DNA of 64,000 nt, taken from the NCBI RefSeq assembly GCF_036971445.1, contig NC_091475.1:54994001-55058000 (forward strand), given 5' to 3'. Position 1 is the first letter of the stretch. The number at the start of each line of letters is the position of its first letter. Below, one piece after another: positions 13,370 through 25,610 of the stretch. Origin of the DNA: Narcine bancroftii. Taxonomy: Eukaryota. A program made the translations under genes and the position numbers. Under the pieces are notes generated by a model that saw nothing but the letters and a program-made list of their open reading frames with translations, made no database searches and had not been told where the DNA came from.

Positions 13370-14234
13370 GTGTATATACTATGGTCTGGAGAAACCATGT
13401 TTCCTCTGGTTGTGCATGTGCAGTCAGATTATAATAAACTTGAACCAAATCTTTACTGACATTGTTACTGAATATTTCAAGGATACATTTGGGATTTAAG
13501 ATGCATTCTTATCCAAGCAGAGTAACTCAGAAATAATTTTGGCAACATTAATCAAAACCTTCATCACTAATTTTGCTTGCAACAACCAAATATTCACAGC
13601 TCATAAACCATATAAATTAAAGGCTATATAACATTTCGGGCTTCAGCATTCAATTGGATTCACTCTACACAAAGAAAATGAAAATATTTGAACTGGTGGT
13701 TGCTGTGGTCATGGCATTACAGTCAAACCCACCAACAAAGGAATCAAGAAGCAGAAGGATTTAACATTTCTAAAATGCTGTAGTTCAACAACATGAGGTT
13801 ATTTTCTAAATTATTTGATGACTTGTGTAGTTACTAATGTCACTAAAGATTCTTTATTTTCATCTTTTGAGAGGAAAAAAAAGTGAAAAGATCAAGGGTT
13901 AAACTGTGCAACTTGCCAGGCCTCTTGCGTTCACCTTGACAACAAAGGATCTGGTGAACTGAGTCACCAGAGAAACAGTTTTGGGCTTCTTAGTTCTGTG
14001 ACCCAATGGCAGAAGCTGGAAGAAGGCGGAGGATGGGATGCTGTTAACTACAGAAGGCAGAAAAACCCACAATAAGTTAGGCCTGATTAATTGCTGGTTA
14101 ATCAGTTCGTTTAGCTCTAATCTGCATAAAGATAAACAGCTGCGTCTTTCCAATTTGCTTGTGGATAGAGCCAAGACCGGTTTTTATGACAAAAATAAGT
14201 ACCACCCTGGGGCAGAGAAGGATAAAACATGATG

Positions 14235-14975
14235 ATGGAGCTGAATGTGGACTTTTAGAAAGGAAAACAAGTGGTTTACAAGAAATTGATCATTGAGTGG
14301 AGAGGTTGAGCAACTTAAAATTCCTGGGAGTCACTAACTCAGAGAACCTTTCCCGGATGAAACCCACAAAGAAAGCAGGTCAACATCCTTACCTTCTCAG
14401 GCACTTGTGGAGATTTGGTATGACATTGGAAACCTTGGCAAACTTCTACAGAAGTGCAGTGGAAAGCGCGCTGACCATCTGCATGGCGTGACAGCACCAA
14501 TGCGGTGTCTCCAAGAGGAAAGGGCTGCAAAAAGTAATGGGCACAGCCCAGTGTATCACATGCAAAACTCTCCCCACCATTACGAAAATCTACATGGAAT
14601 GTTGCCGTTGGAGAGCAGTAGCAGTCATTAAGGATCCTCACCACCCAGGCCATTCTTGTTGCTGCCATCGGGAAAGAGTTATAGGTGCTACAAGCCTGGT
14701 ACCACCAGATTCAGAAGTAGTTGTTACCCCTCTACCATCAGGTTCCGAAGCAACAGACTCAATCAGAGACTCATTTAAGAACCTTATTTATAACTGAATA
14801 TTTGTTTTTATTCTTCCGTATTACACAAAGCTTGTTTATATTTCTTTCTTGTTTACATTTCTCTCTTTTGTTTACGTATCTTATAGTTTTTTTTTGCCAT
14901 ACCAATAAGTAGAAATTCCGTCTGGCCTGCAGGAAAAAAAGTATCTCATGTACTGTGACAATAAATCTGAACTTT
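14235..14975 (+). mobile_element. Rex1/Babar-type LINE 3' part
   Basis: ERLSNLKFLGV...LRHLWRFGMTLETLANFYRSAVES...AVIKDPHHPGH; 3' end tgacaataaatctgaactttga. Confidence 0.85.
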
Positions 14976-15104
14976 GAGCTGTTGATGGACTGCAGATGGA
15001 GAGCTCAGTCAAAAGACCAAGCGTACAAGTTCACCACTGAGACGGTCATTTGTAAACAGTGAATAAAATAAGACAGACAAGAAAAAAGAAGGTAACAGTA
15101 TTGC

Positions 15105-15265
15105 GTAAGTAAAACACAAAAGGCTGTAGACCCTGTGGTTGAAGTAAAAACATAATGCTGGAGAAACTCAGCATAGTCAATATTTCAGGCTTGAGGTATA
15201 GAAACATGTCGGGGCAGGCATCTGAACAAAAAGGAAAGGAGAAAGGGGTGGGAAGAGGAGCATAG
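15105..15265 (-). mobile_element. Penelope-like element terminal fragment
   Basis: aaaacacaaaaggctgtagac...aatgctggagaaactcagc matches the reverse complement of the termini at 17360-17430 and 62945-63015. Confidence 0.6.
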
Positions 15266-15268
15266 CGA

Positions 15269-15427
15269 TGCATGAGCTCCCCTGTGAATTACTTGTGTTT
15301 TCACCCACTGATCTAGTTTCCTCCCTCTCTCTAAAAGCATGCGGGGTTGGCAGATTAATGGCACAGGTTTCATGTGCCGGAAGGGACTTCCACCTGGCTG
15401 TATCATTAAAATTTTTAAAATACCATG
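15269..15427 (+). repeat. Inverted near-identical duplicate of the decayed SINE at 23856-24029
   Basis: Reverse complement matches 23856-24029 with 2 substitutions and one 15-bp indel. Confidence 0.95.
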
Positions 15428-15499
15428 TTTCATCAGAGTAAAAGATCAACCAATTTGAAGCCTCAGTGATACCATTCACACATCTTCAGTCAGACGGCC

Positions 15500-15640
15500 A
15501 TTCCTCGACACTTCAGCACAGAAATTAGTCTGCCATTCCACTGCAGTACTGAGGGAATCCTGGATGATGGCGGCTAACGAGGCCCTCAAGTGAAGTTCTC
15601 GCTGGCTGTTCAGATGAGGTTAAAGAGGTTTCTTGATCAG
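15500..15640 (+). mobile_element. Ancient Deu-domain-like SINE remnant
   Basis: ccactgcagtactgagggaat followed by aacgaggccc...cagatg resembles the DeuSINE (AmnSINE1/SacSINE1) core as recalled; highly diverged. Confidence 0.4.
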
Positions 15641-16615
15641 CATTTTTTTCACAATTGGTATCACTACAAGAATTCCGTTGGTTGTTATTCCACTGCTGCC
15701 TCTTCGTACCCCTGTCGTTAATAGCCGCTTTGCTTCTCAACATCAAAACAGAAGTTATACTAAATGGGCCAAAACTATCTTTGGGATTTACTTAAAAATA
15801 AACTGCAAGGTTTGGTTTCTCATTTAAATATCACTGAAAACACAAGCTGAGAAAATGGTACCTCAATTTCACAAGTTTAAATCCAGCAGCATCTGGTTAA
15901 GTTTATAACAAATAAATAACATGCAGTGGTGAATCTCTCCATGAAGTATTAGCTTTTTATAAAATTTTGCCATGCAAAGAGCAAAGGGACCTGAAATTTG
16001 ATGTAAACATAGCAGAGGCTGAAAGGTATGCTTCATTACTGAAGTGTAAATCAGCCAGGAAATTGTAAAGGCAATGAGTTTCACCATGAACTAAAAGTGC
16101 CGACAAGTCCCTGGATGATTTGAAATCTTTTGCTTTGAAAAGCACACCTTGGCTTTAACCTCCTGCTGAGTTGTGGCATATCCACGTTAATCACCCATTA
16201 AACTAGTGCAGAAAGTGAAGTTTAGCAATTAATAGTCCAAGTCGCAGTTAATGAAGAGATAATTATGAATAACTCCTAGAAAGTGAAGAGCTGAGAATGT
16301 GAAGCTTCACAGCTTGAGATAGTAAGGTCATTTTAGATATCAATCATGTTAAATGTGAAACCTTTCCAATTTTTCATTCCCCTTTGTTTTCCATCCTGTG
16401 CCCGGACAGGCAGTAATTGCTGAGAAAACTAACATTTCAGTTGAGTGTCTTCTGTAAAATTCAGCTGGAGGGCCATGCACTTGAAACATCAGCTGTGTAA
16501 CCTGCTGGTTAGCTCCCAAATCCCTGGATTTATTTTACATTAATCACATTTGCAGCATTTTATTCTCTAGTCTAATTTATTTTTGTTCATTGTCCTTTCT
16601 CAAACTTCAAATAAT

Positions 16616-16962
16616 AGCCCCTTTTACACTGGAATTAACTGGGAATTTGCTGGGACTGGGTCCATGGAAAAGAAACACTGTCTAAACACCACTGTCAAAT
16701 GACATTATTTCACACCGGGGATTAACCGCCTCTACCTCTACTCATATCCCCGGCGTTTATTGACGCTGGCATGCTGTTAAAACCAGTGGAAAAGGGATGG
16801 CATAAAGTCACCCATTTCCAGTTGAAGGTAGAGCAGTCCGATCCCTACGGATGAGTGTGTTCAGTGGTAAAGCAATTAGTGTCCCAGTGGAAATAAAACA
16901 ATGGGCTTCCTATCCCGGGACACTGCAGAGCCAATTAACTGACATGCCAGTGGAAAAGGGCC
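16616..16962. mobile_element. Non-autonomous DNA transposon (PIF/Harbinger-like MITE)
   Basis: Imperfect TIRs agccccttttacactgg ... ccagtggaaaagggcc; internal ccagtggaaa repeats; no ORF. Confidence 0.65.
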
Positions 16963-17284
16963 AACATTGACTGAAATGCTGGTTCCATCATTAACGAGTC
17001 TAGCGGTAGTCATGTTGCACAATTATCAATGGCTTATGTAGCAAGCTATTAAGGTGCGGGAACCAACTCAGTTAAATGGGCTGATTCCAGCAAAAATTGG
17101 GCTGTATTTTTTTTAATGCATGACTGTGTCTGATAATGTTATCACTGTTAATGTATGTTGAAAAGGTAGATCTTATTCTTTGACAAAATTTACAGCACAA
17201 TGGATTGAATCCAGACTGTTCACCATTCAAACTCATGTCCTTTAATTAATTGTTCACGAGAAGGGGAATGCAATGCTCATTTAG

Positions 17285-17432
17285 CTCATACCTTGATAAA
17301 GGGCTCAAGCCCAAAATGTTTGATATGTATCTTTATCTTTGCTATATAAAGTACACTATTTGACTTGCTGAGTTTCTCCAGCATTGAGTATTAACCTCAG
17401 TCACGGTGTCTGCAGAATTTTGTGTTTGACTC
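17285..17432 (+). mobile_element. Penelope-like terminal fragment with degenerate hammerhead-like motif
   Basis: ccttgataaagggctcaagcccaaaatgtt ... tgctgagtttctccagcatt, same module as 62880-62970. Confidence 0.65.
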
Positions 17433-17944
17433 AGGCTATGAGATAGAATATTTTTGTTTACATCCCTACTTAGAGACATTCACAAAGTGTTTATAGCATT
17501 GAAATAAAATCACTTCATAAAGATGACAATCAATTTTCACCTCAGATTTTAAAAAAACAGTACGATAATTATACCATCACAACTTGTTTTAGGACTGTCA
17601 ATTGATGGATTAATGTTATTCAGAACAGGAGCAGTAACTCCTTGAATACTTTCTTGAAGCAATGCCACCTGAGGTACCATATGGGTCTGAGGAACAGAGA
17701 GAGTTGTCAACATGAAATAACAGAGTGAGGCCCAACCAATTTATAGCCACATTGACCTCATGACAAATAATCCTGATTACATCAGCCCACTTTCACTATT
17801 ATTTTTCAACTCATTTTCTTCTCTCATCAATCTAATTCAATCACAAATGCCAACCACATTTGCGACTGCATCAATCTACGTTTTGGAAGTTCATTATTCA
17901 GATTCATACTTTTGTGCTGCCCTTCAGTTTAAAGTTTCCCACAC

Positions 17945-18480
17945 ATTTGCCCTGGCCCCTTCCTGCCCAAAAGTAAACAAGACACCATTCCCATTCCACC
18001 TACTTCCCTATGGCATCCAACATTTAATTCTCCACAATTTCAACCATATACAATGGGATCTCACTACCAGGCCCATCTTCACTTCCCCTCTCTATTTTCC
18101 ATTAGGACCACTCCCTCCATGAACCTTCATCTGTTCATCCTTCCCAGCAATCATTCCCTCGGTATCTACCCCTGTAACTGCAGAAAAGTGCTGCACTTGC
18201 ACTGACACCTCATCCTCTGCCGCCATTCGAACAGTCCTTTCCAAGTGAAGCCACACTCTACTTGTGAATCTGCAGGCATCGTTTATTGCATCCAGTGCTC
18301 CCAATGCAGCCTCCTCTACTGGATACGGAATGGGAGTTTGCTTCTTTGAGCACCTTAACTCTGTCTACTGCAATAGCAAGGTCCACCAGTGGCCAGCCAC
18401 TTCACTTCCTAACACCAACACCATACTGACATGTGTGCCAATGACCTCATGTACTGCCAATTTGAGACCACCCATAAATA
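17945..18480 (+). mobile_element. Penelope-like element, degenerate GIY-YIG endonuclease region
   Basis: acttgtgaatctgcaggcatcgtttattgcatccagtgctcccaatgcagcctcctctac (TCESAGIVYCIQCSQCSLLY), homologous to 62370-62640. Confidence 0.8.
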
Positions 18481-19268
18481 TGTCTTAAGTAAAGTAGTGG
18501 GTTTGGAACAGGGTTACATACACACCCATACAATACATTCACAAGTGACTTCATCTTTGGAGTTGTGATGTCTACAAGCCAGAGTTATGAAGATCGCATG
18601 ATTTCCAAGAAACTGCTGCTAACAGCTATTAAAGATACCAGTAAATATTCACATGATTTCAAAGAATTAGAACTGACCTATTGGATGATGTAAATGTCAC
18701 ATGATTTCGAGAAATAAACTGAATCAGAAGACTGCAGGAGTTGAGAAGTCAACACACCATGGCACTCAGCAGTAAAACAGTAATCTCTATAAAGAGAGAT
18801 TAGATGGAACACTGGTGTTAGACTCTTGTGAAGCAAAGGGTTGAATTTCAGTAATCATAATAGGTGTTGTTATGCAACTTCTAACAAAAGGAGACAACAG
18901 AAATAAGTGGATTTTGAAAGGGAGATCATTTCTCGTCTGTTCTTTTGAAAATAAAGGGTGCAGCCTCATCATGGAAAGAAACTCCAGAACTCTTAAGAAG
19001 GTAAGAGGGAGTTGAAGATCACCAGTATGAGAGTTTAAGAAGAAATTTCTTCCTGGGAAAATAGCTCAATAAGATTTGTGAATTTGAACAGTCGAAGGAC
19101 TGAATCAGTGTTAACAAAAACATTGTTACTGCTTTAAGCAACAATTTAAAAGAACTCAATGTTTCGTAATCACTTCTGAACTACAATTTAATGGACGTTC
19201 AATTTCAACATGACTTTAAAATACAGAGCCTTAAAACTAACTTTTCAGACTCAAGTTTAAACTGAAAT
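18481..19268 (+). mobile_element. Possible LTR-like element remnant, interrupted by RTE
   Basis: Begins TGTC; layout loosely resembles the LTRs at 20764/54037; repeated cacatgatttc motif; no TSD identified. Confidence 0.3.
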
Positions 19269-19570
19269 CTTTGGCTTGGCTTCGCAGACGAAGATTTATG
19301 GAGGGGTAAATGTCCACGTCAGCTGCAGGCTCGTTTGTGGCTGACAAGTCCGATGCGGGACAGACAGACACGGTTGCAGCGGTTGCAGGGGAAAATTGGT
19401 TGGTTGGGGTTGGGTGTTGGGTTTTTCCTCCTTTGTCTTTTGTCAGTGAGGTGGGCTCTGCGGTCTTCTTCAAAGGAGGTTGCTGCCCGCTGAACTGTGA
19501 GGCGCCAAGATGCACGGTTGGAGGCGATATCAGCCCACTGGCGGTGGTCAATGTGGCAGGCACCAAGAAA
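19269..19570 (-). mobile_element. RTE-clade LINE 3' fragment (~300 bp)
   Basis: LGACHIDHRQWADIASNRASWRLTV...IGLVSHKRACS plus conserved tail. Confidence 0.95.
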
Positions 19571-19596
19571 TAGTTTGGACATTAATACACACAATA

Positions 19597-19698
19597 CTCT
19601 CTCTCTCTCTCACTCTCTCACTCTCTCACTCTCTCACTCTCTCACTCTCCCTCTCTCCCTCTCTCCCTCTCTCCCTCTCTCCCTCTCTCCCTCTCTCT
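19597..19698. repeat. Compound microsatellite: (CT)n to (CTCTCTCA)n to (CTCTCTCC)n
   Basis: Directly visible. Confidence 0.95.
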
Positions 19699-19784
19699 AG
19701 TTGAAATCTGATGTAGATCGAGGGTTAGAGAGATGCCATGCAGAATAGCATTCATGTATTCCACTTGAAAAAATAACTTTTAAT

Positions 19785-20698
19785 TTGTTTGGCCTGGAAG
19801 TCAGCCTGAAGAAAACTGAGGTCCTCCATCAGCCAGCTCCCCACCATGACTACCAACCTCCCCACATCTCCATCGGACACACTGAACTCAAAACGATCAA
19901 CCAGTTTACCTACCTCGGCTGCACCATTTCATTTGATGCAAGGATCGACAAAGAGATAGACAACAGACTCACCAAGGCAAATAGCGCCTTTGGAAGACTA
20001 CACAAAAGAGTCTGGAAAAACAACCAACTGAAGAAACACACAAAGATCAGCATGTACAGAGCCGTTGTCATACCCACGCTCCTGTTCAGCTCCGAATCAT
20101 GTGTCCTCTACCGGCATCACCTACGGCTCCTAGAACGCTTCCGTCAGGGCTGTCTCCGCTCCATGCTCAACATTCATTGGAATGACTTCATCACCAACAT
20201 TGAAGTACTTGAGCTGGCAGAGTCCGCAAGTATCGATTCCATGCTGCTGAAGACCCAACTGCGCTAGGTGGGTCACGTCTCCAGAATGGAGGACCATCGC
20301 CTTCCCAAAATCGTGTTATATGGCAAGCTCTCCACTGGCCACCGAGACAGAGGTGCACCAAAGAAGAGGTACAAGGACTGCTTAAAGAAATCTCTTGGTG
20401 CCTGCCACATTGACCACTGCCAGTGGGCTGATATCGCCTCCAACCGTGCATCTTGGTGCCTCACATTTCAGCGGGCAGCAACCTCCTTTGAAGAAGACCG
20501 CAGAGCCCACCTCACTGACAAAAGACAAAGGAGGAAAAACCCAACACCTAACCCCAACCAACCAATTTTCCCTTGCAACCACTGCAACCGTGACTGCCTG
20601 TCCCGCATCGGACTAGTCAGTCACCAACGAGCCTGCAGCAGACGTGAACATACCCCTCCATAAATCTTCATCTGGGAAGCCAAGCCAAAGAAAGAAAG

Positions 20699-20701
<3 letters not shown>
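19785..20701 (+). mobile_element. RTE-clade LINE, 5'-truncated, one in-frame stop (20265-20267)
   Basis: ORFs 19785-20267 and 20268-20663 are contiguous RTE RT C-terminal sequence; tail gccaagccaaagaaagaaagaa. Confidence 0.95.
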
Positions 20702-20740
<39 letters not shown>

Positions 20741-20760
20741 TACACACACACATACACACA
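20702..20760. repeat. (TA)n/(CA)n microsatellite
   Basis: Directly visible. Confidence 0.9.
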
Positions 20761-20763
20761 TAT

Positions 20764-21786
20764 AGTAACAGATATCATATTTTATATTATATATACAAAT
20801 ATTTTTGGAGGAGTTACATTGAGGGTTTTAGTGTAGGTCACAAACACAAACAGATCTCATGTAAAATGCAAGAGCTCTGCTCAAACCAGCCACTCCAGGG
20901 CCAATGCCTTTGTAAAGACAATAGAAACTGCTTTGCTGAAGGACTTCACAATTAAGTATTAATTGGGCATGCTGAGGAGTAACAGATTATTGTTTTGAAA
21001 ACAATAGATGAATAGTTCTGCAATCAGTCTGGATGGAGTTTGCTGTTCGAAGAAGGTCATGTGGTTTTGCAAGCAAAGAGAGGAGACCAAACAGGCTTTC
21101 TCTAAGAGAGAGAGAGAGAGTCCAAACTGGTTTCTGCACCTTGGCAAGCTGGCCATTTGTATAAAACCCCTTTTTGAATAAGGGTTGTGAGTTCTGAGGT
21201 CAGCCTGTTGAAACAACCCAAGTGGTCCATACAAGAGGAAATGGCTGGCTAGAGAGTTTCACCTAAAATAAGGGAAACAAAAAGGAACTCTGTGGTGACC
21301 TTCAGAAGAAAAGGTTATCATTTGGAAAACCCTGATGGGGCAAGCTTCTTCGGCAAGACACTGAAGTGGCTGATTGGAAGGAATCAGTTTGTGTGTGTCC
21401 AACGAGCATCATATCTCTCTCTGAATTCAATGAGATCCTTTTTGAGTGGTAACCATTTACCTTTAAACACCAGAGCTTGGTGAAAATTTATAAATGTTAA
21501 ATTCTGTGTACAGTATAAGGATTGCCTGATACCGGTGAACTTGGAGGAGTGAGAAGTGAGATTGGACTGTGAATCAAATAATCTTTCTGATCTTATACAT
21601 ATTACATACATCTGCACTGAGAATTAGAAGGGGGTTAAGTTAGGTGAAGTTAAGGTAATAGTAATAAATTAAAGCTTGATTTTTTGATGTTTAAAGAAAA
21701 TTAAAAACTACTTTTGTTTAAGTAACCATTTGTCTTGGTTAATTTCTATTGCTGCTGGGTTTTTGGGGTCCTCTGGGCCCATAACA
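20764..21786 (+). mobile_element. Solo LTR (family A), probable 4-bp TSD ATAT
   Basis: Co-linear with 29317-30382; ends gggcccataaca; start agtaaca (TG mutated); atat at 20760-20763 and 21787-21790. Confidence 0.8.
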
Positions 21787-21789
21787 ATA

Positions 21790-21957
21790 TATATTCTTTT
21801 CTTGTCTATTCTTTATTTTTATTATAATTCTTTAGTAAGTGGGAGAGTTAGGGAGGGAGGGTTGAAAATATTCATGTAAAATTTGACATCAATATGCTTA
21901 TATATAGGTATTTTTTTCAATATGATTTAAAATTTTAAATAAACTATTAAAAAAAGT
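21790..21957 (+). mobile_element. L1 3' UTR/A-tail remnant
   Basis: T-rich stretch, gggagagttagggagggagggttg, then aaataaactattaaaaaaa; same layout as 9840-10058. Confidence 0.45.
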
Positions 21958-23855
21958 CATAAATAAAAAAGGAATGAGCCAGCAGGATCGCTTAATATAT
22001 ATATCCAATCAATTTCCAGTCAGAAAGGATTTTTGTTGTTGCCTCTTTTAAACCAAAGGCTGATTTTGGAATAATTTATATTGGAATGTAACACATATTT
22101 TCCTTGCCTGCTTGCAACTGGCATTCCAATGTGTGAGCTCACCAAAGACAGAAATTAATTTTTTCCACACATTGTCTTCTCATTTTAAGTTCAATTCCAA
22201 TCACCTGCTGAACAGGAACATAACAGAAAGTGTTTTGATTTGGAAATTTTACTCCACTCCTTGATTTTCACTTTTCTTTTTAAAAATTAAGATTCAGTTC
22301 TTGTAATTTTCATTGGCAAAATGAATATGCAAATTATACATTTTTTGTTTATTGTACTGGGAATTAAAGGAACAAGAGAACGATGTCTGGCAAGTGAGAT
22401 TGTTTCCGAAGCAAATGACCCACACCCACTGTCACCCCATATGTACAAACTGCAGGAAACAAACTGGGGCTTGGTTAAAACTACAGTCTTCACACATGTC
22501 AGTTCACCAACAGCTTTCTGCCACAAATAGCACAAGCTTCCATCAAACTGCACGAAGACAGACGGCCAGTGTCCATCAAGGTCACTACAATACTAAATAG
22601 CTGCCCTTCATTCCAGAATGCCAAGAGTGACAAGATACATCAGTGTAGCTACAGTTCACATATTCATCAGGGAGAAGACTGTTGCCATCTTTTATCGCAA
22701 CAAACAAGTGACACCATTTCTATGCACAACAGGGCTTTATAAAGAGTTGCATCCAGTACATAAGCCAGTATGTTCAAACTATGAGGCAGTAATTCAGCAA
22801 AGTCGAAGAAGGATGTGAATTTGCAAAGGGTCCAGAGGGGTGACTTGCTCTGACAGATAGCTGGCATTCCCTCGTGGAACAGACGGCTGCTGACTACAGT
22901 ATTCACAGATCTGCTTACCTCAGAGGTCTGAGCGTGCTCAGCCAAATGTGCAAGTCTGAGGGGCATTAGGGGCGGGGGAGGGGGAGGGGGAGCGGTCAGG
23001 AACACTACTTTATGTGCTTTACATTTGAGACTAAACAATAAAACCTGCAGATGCTTGGTTTGAGTGCAATACACAAAGTTGCTGAAGAAACTCAGCAGGT
23101 CATAGAGCATCCCCAGTAAGTAAAGGGCCTGGGCCTGGGCCCTTCGTGGGCTATCCTCTACTTCTATGGATGCTGTTTCCTGGGGATGGCTGGGTCTACA
23201 CAAGGCAACCCTGCAGAAGATACAATTTGCAATAATTTCAAAAATATTCTTCATTCTTAATCTATTTAAAAGGGTTCTTAGTGACTTTTGAAGATCATTT
23301 AGCTGTGCCCCCACAGCCAAAGTAGAATGCTGTGGGAGGCCCTCAGGGAATGATACCCAAAGCAAAGGCACTACTTGGAGTGCTCTTCCCACCTGTCAAA
23401 TCACAGCCTTTCATCAGAAACAGGACTTCTTCCATCAGACGGCAGCAGCTTCCTGGAAAATGCCTTCTCCTCATGATCCACACTTGCCCAGTCCAGGTAG
23501 GGTGTCAGTGTCCACCACCTGCTCACTCCACTGGAATTGGTTCTTAGAAAAAGGATTTCAATGACAATGACTCACTGGTAAATGAATGGAATGGAAGGGG
23601 CGTGGAGGCACTTAACTTGAGGAGGGATCTAGAGGTAAATAAAGTGAAATTGTGTGCAGTGGCATGGGGATTTGAGGTGATTGGTAAAACAGGTAGTGAG
23701 ATGCCAGGTGCGGACTGGTGTTCACACAGGGGTAGGAGATAAAGAATCACGAATGGCTTTCTGAAGGAGGTAGGAGAAATAATGGAAGGAGAAAGCAATG
23801 GGAAAGGCTAGGGAAAGAAGGACTGTTTGACTCAGAAAGACTTGATGGCCCCTTG

Positions 23856-24070
23856 CATGGTATTTTAAAAATTTTAATGATACAGCCAGGTGGAAGTCCC
23901 TTCCGGCACATGAAACCTGTGCCAGCCAATTACATGCAATTAATCTGCCAACCCCGCATGCTTTTAGAAAGAGGGAAGAAACTAGATCAGTGGGTGAAAA
24001 CACAAGTAATTCACAGGGGAGCTCATGCAAACAACGCCGAATTCAAATGCAGATCGCGGGCACTGTAACA
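23856..24070 (-). mobile_element. Decayed tRNA-derived SINE
   Basis: Same layout as 57885-58130; degenerate B-box region on minus at ~24035-24050. Confidence 0.65.
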
Positions 24071-24574
24071 GGGGATTACAGGATCATGATCTGAAAACAT
24101 ACTTGTTACATGCGGAATGGAAGCGTGTGATACATGTCTTTGAATAATGAGGTGGTACTTCTCAAGCTTAGCCCTTTGGTAAAGCAGTGTGGGAGACCAG
24201 AGTGGGAGGGATGCAGTGAGCTACACTTGCAGACTGATGTGTCCTCTCAGCGCTCGTTTCTTCAGGAAAGTGGAGACTGCAGCGCAAGCAGTAATCGGTG
24301 CACGATGCAGCTTCATCAAACTGGAGAAGCTCAATTTCAAGTTCAGCAAACCATTCAACAGCTTCAGGCAGGACATGGCGACGTGAGATGCAACCGGAAG
24401 AGGAATGTCAGAGCGTGGGATCTTGAATGTTGGGTTGCCGTTTTGGATGGGATGCAGTCACATTGTTACACCTGGTCAACCGGGAAATGGTCACTTTTCA
24501 CCAGTCTGCCCTGGAAATTGCAGGATGCTCAATTATGCTCAAGAAAACGGCTGCTTCACCTGTGATTAGCAAGG

Positions 24575-24841
24575 GATTGCTTAAGGTAGGAAGGGAAGGT
24601 TGAGAATTACTGCTCTGGACCCCATTGTTACTGAAATATTTGGCTTGAGAAAAATTGTCATTTCCTTTGGAGTCATGAAACCGTGCTCATATTGAGTCAA
24701 TGAAGTACGATTAAAACAATGGTTTTCAACCCTTTTCTTTCATACCACCTTAAGCAATCACTTACTGATCACAGAGCACCGATGGCATAGGGAATACTTA
24801 AAGTGGTATGTGGGTGGAAAGAAAAAGGCAGAGAACCACTG
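24575..24841. mobile_element. hAT(Charlie)-like non-autonomous element with palindromic modules
   Basis: caatggttttcaacccttttcttt ... gaaagaaaaaggcagagaaccactg (CAGTGGTTCTC-type termini, 24717-24841); 24575-24690 matches 56390-56510. Confidence 0.6.
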
Positions 24842-25424
24842 CAAAAGACTAGGTGAGGCAGATGGGATGTTAAACTTGGCATCTTTTCTGCATGGACTGA
24901 GGGGCTGAAGGGCCTGTCCCTCTGCTGTACTCTGCTCCAAAGCTACTGGTGCTTAAGACTGAAGACCTCTCCAATGTGTTCAGCTGTTCATTGTTTCAAA
25001 AATCTGAACTAACCACTGAATGGAACCATCAGCATTCATTAATTTATTTTTCATCTTACACTTTAATCAAGCAATAGGTGATATAATCAGATACTCAACC
25101 ACCTTAATCCAAACCATCTTGTTTGTGCCATGATCTCTGAAATTCACATGAGCTGCCACATTATTGATATTGACTATTCATCCTGCAAGGATTTAAATAA
25201 TTAAAGGTGTTGACAGCTGTGCGTTTTGTCACTGAGGGAATGACATTCAAGACTGCCAGGCTCTGGTAATCATCACTTAATTGGGAATCATGTTGCTGCA
25301 ACAGCATGTTCAGTGCTCAGTTCAGTGGAATGGTCCAAAGCAGCTCTTGGTACGGATGTCGTTCCTCCCCTGAGCAGGACACGCGGGACATTTCACCTTG
25401 GAAATGACTGCTGTGCTATTGACA

Positions 25425-25610
25425 TCTCATTACAGCGCCAGTGGCCCTGGTTCGAATCCGGTGCTATCTGTAAGAAGTTGGGAATGTAGTCCCCATGCCT
25501 TGAATTTGGTGCTCCTAAAACAGGTGCGATTAGACAGTTTATTAAGCCCAACTGGGCTTTGGTTTCAATGGCTGGAATTGGCTTCTACTGTGATGTAAAT
25601 AAATAAATCC
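25425..25610 (+). mobile_element. tRNA-derived SINE (internally deleted)
   Basis: ttacagcgccagtggccctggttcgaatccgg (B-box GGTTCGAATCC); tail gtaaataaataaa. Confidence 0.7.

Noticed and set aside
22667-23392. 241-aa minus ORF with a polyproline stretch
   Set aside because: Crosses a Penelope terminal remnant (~23040-23200) and a G-run; no domain, so a likely chance ORF.
24134-24565. 143-aa plus ORF next to the hAT-like element
   Set aside because: No transposase or other recognisable motif.
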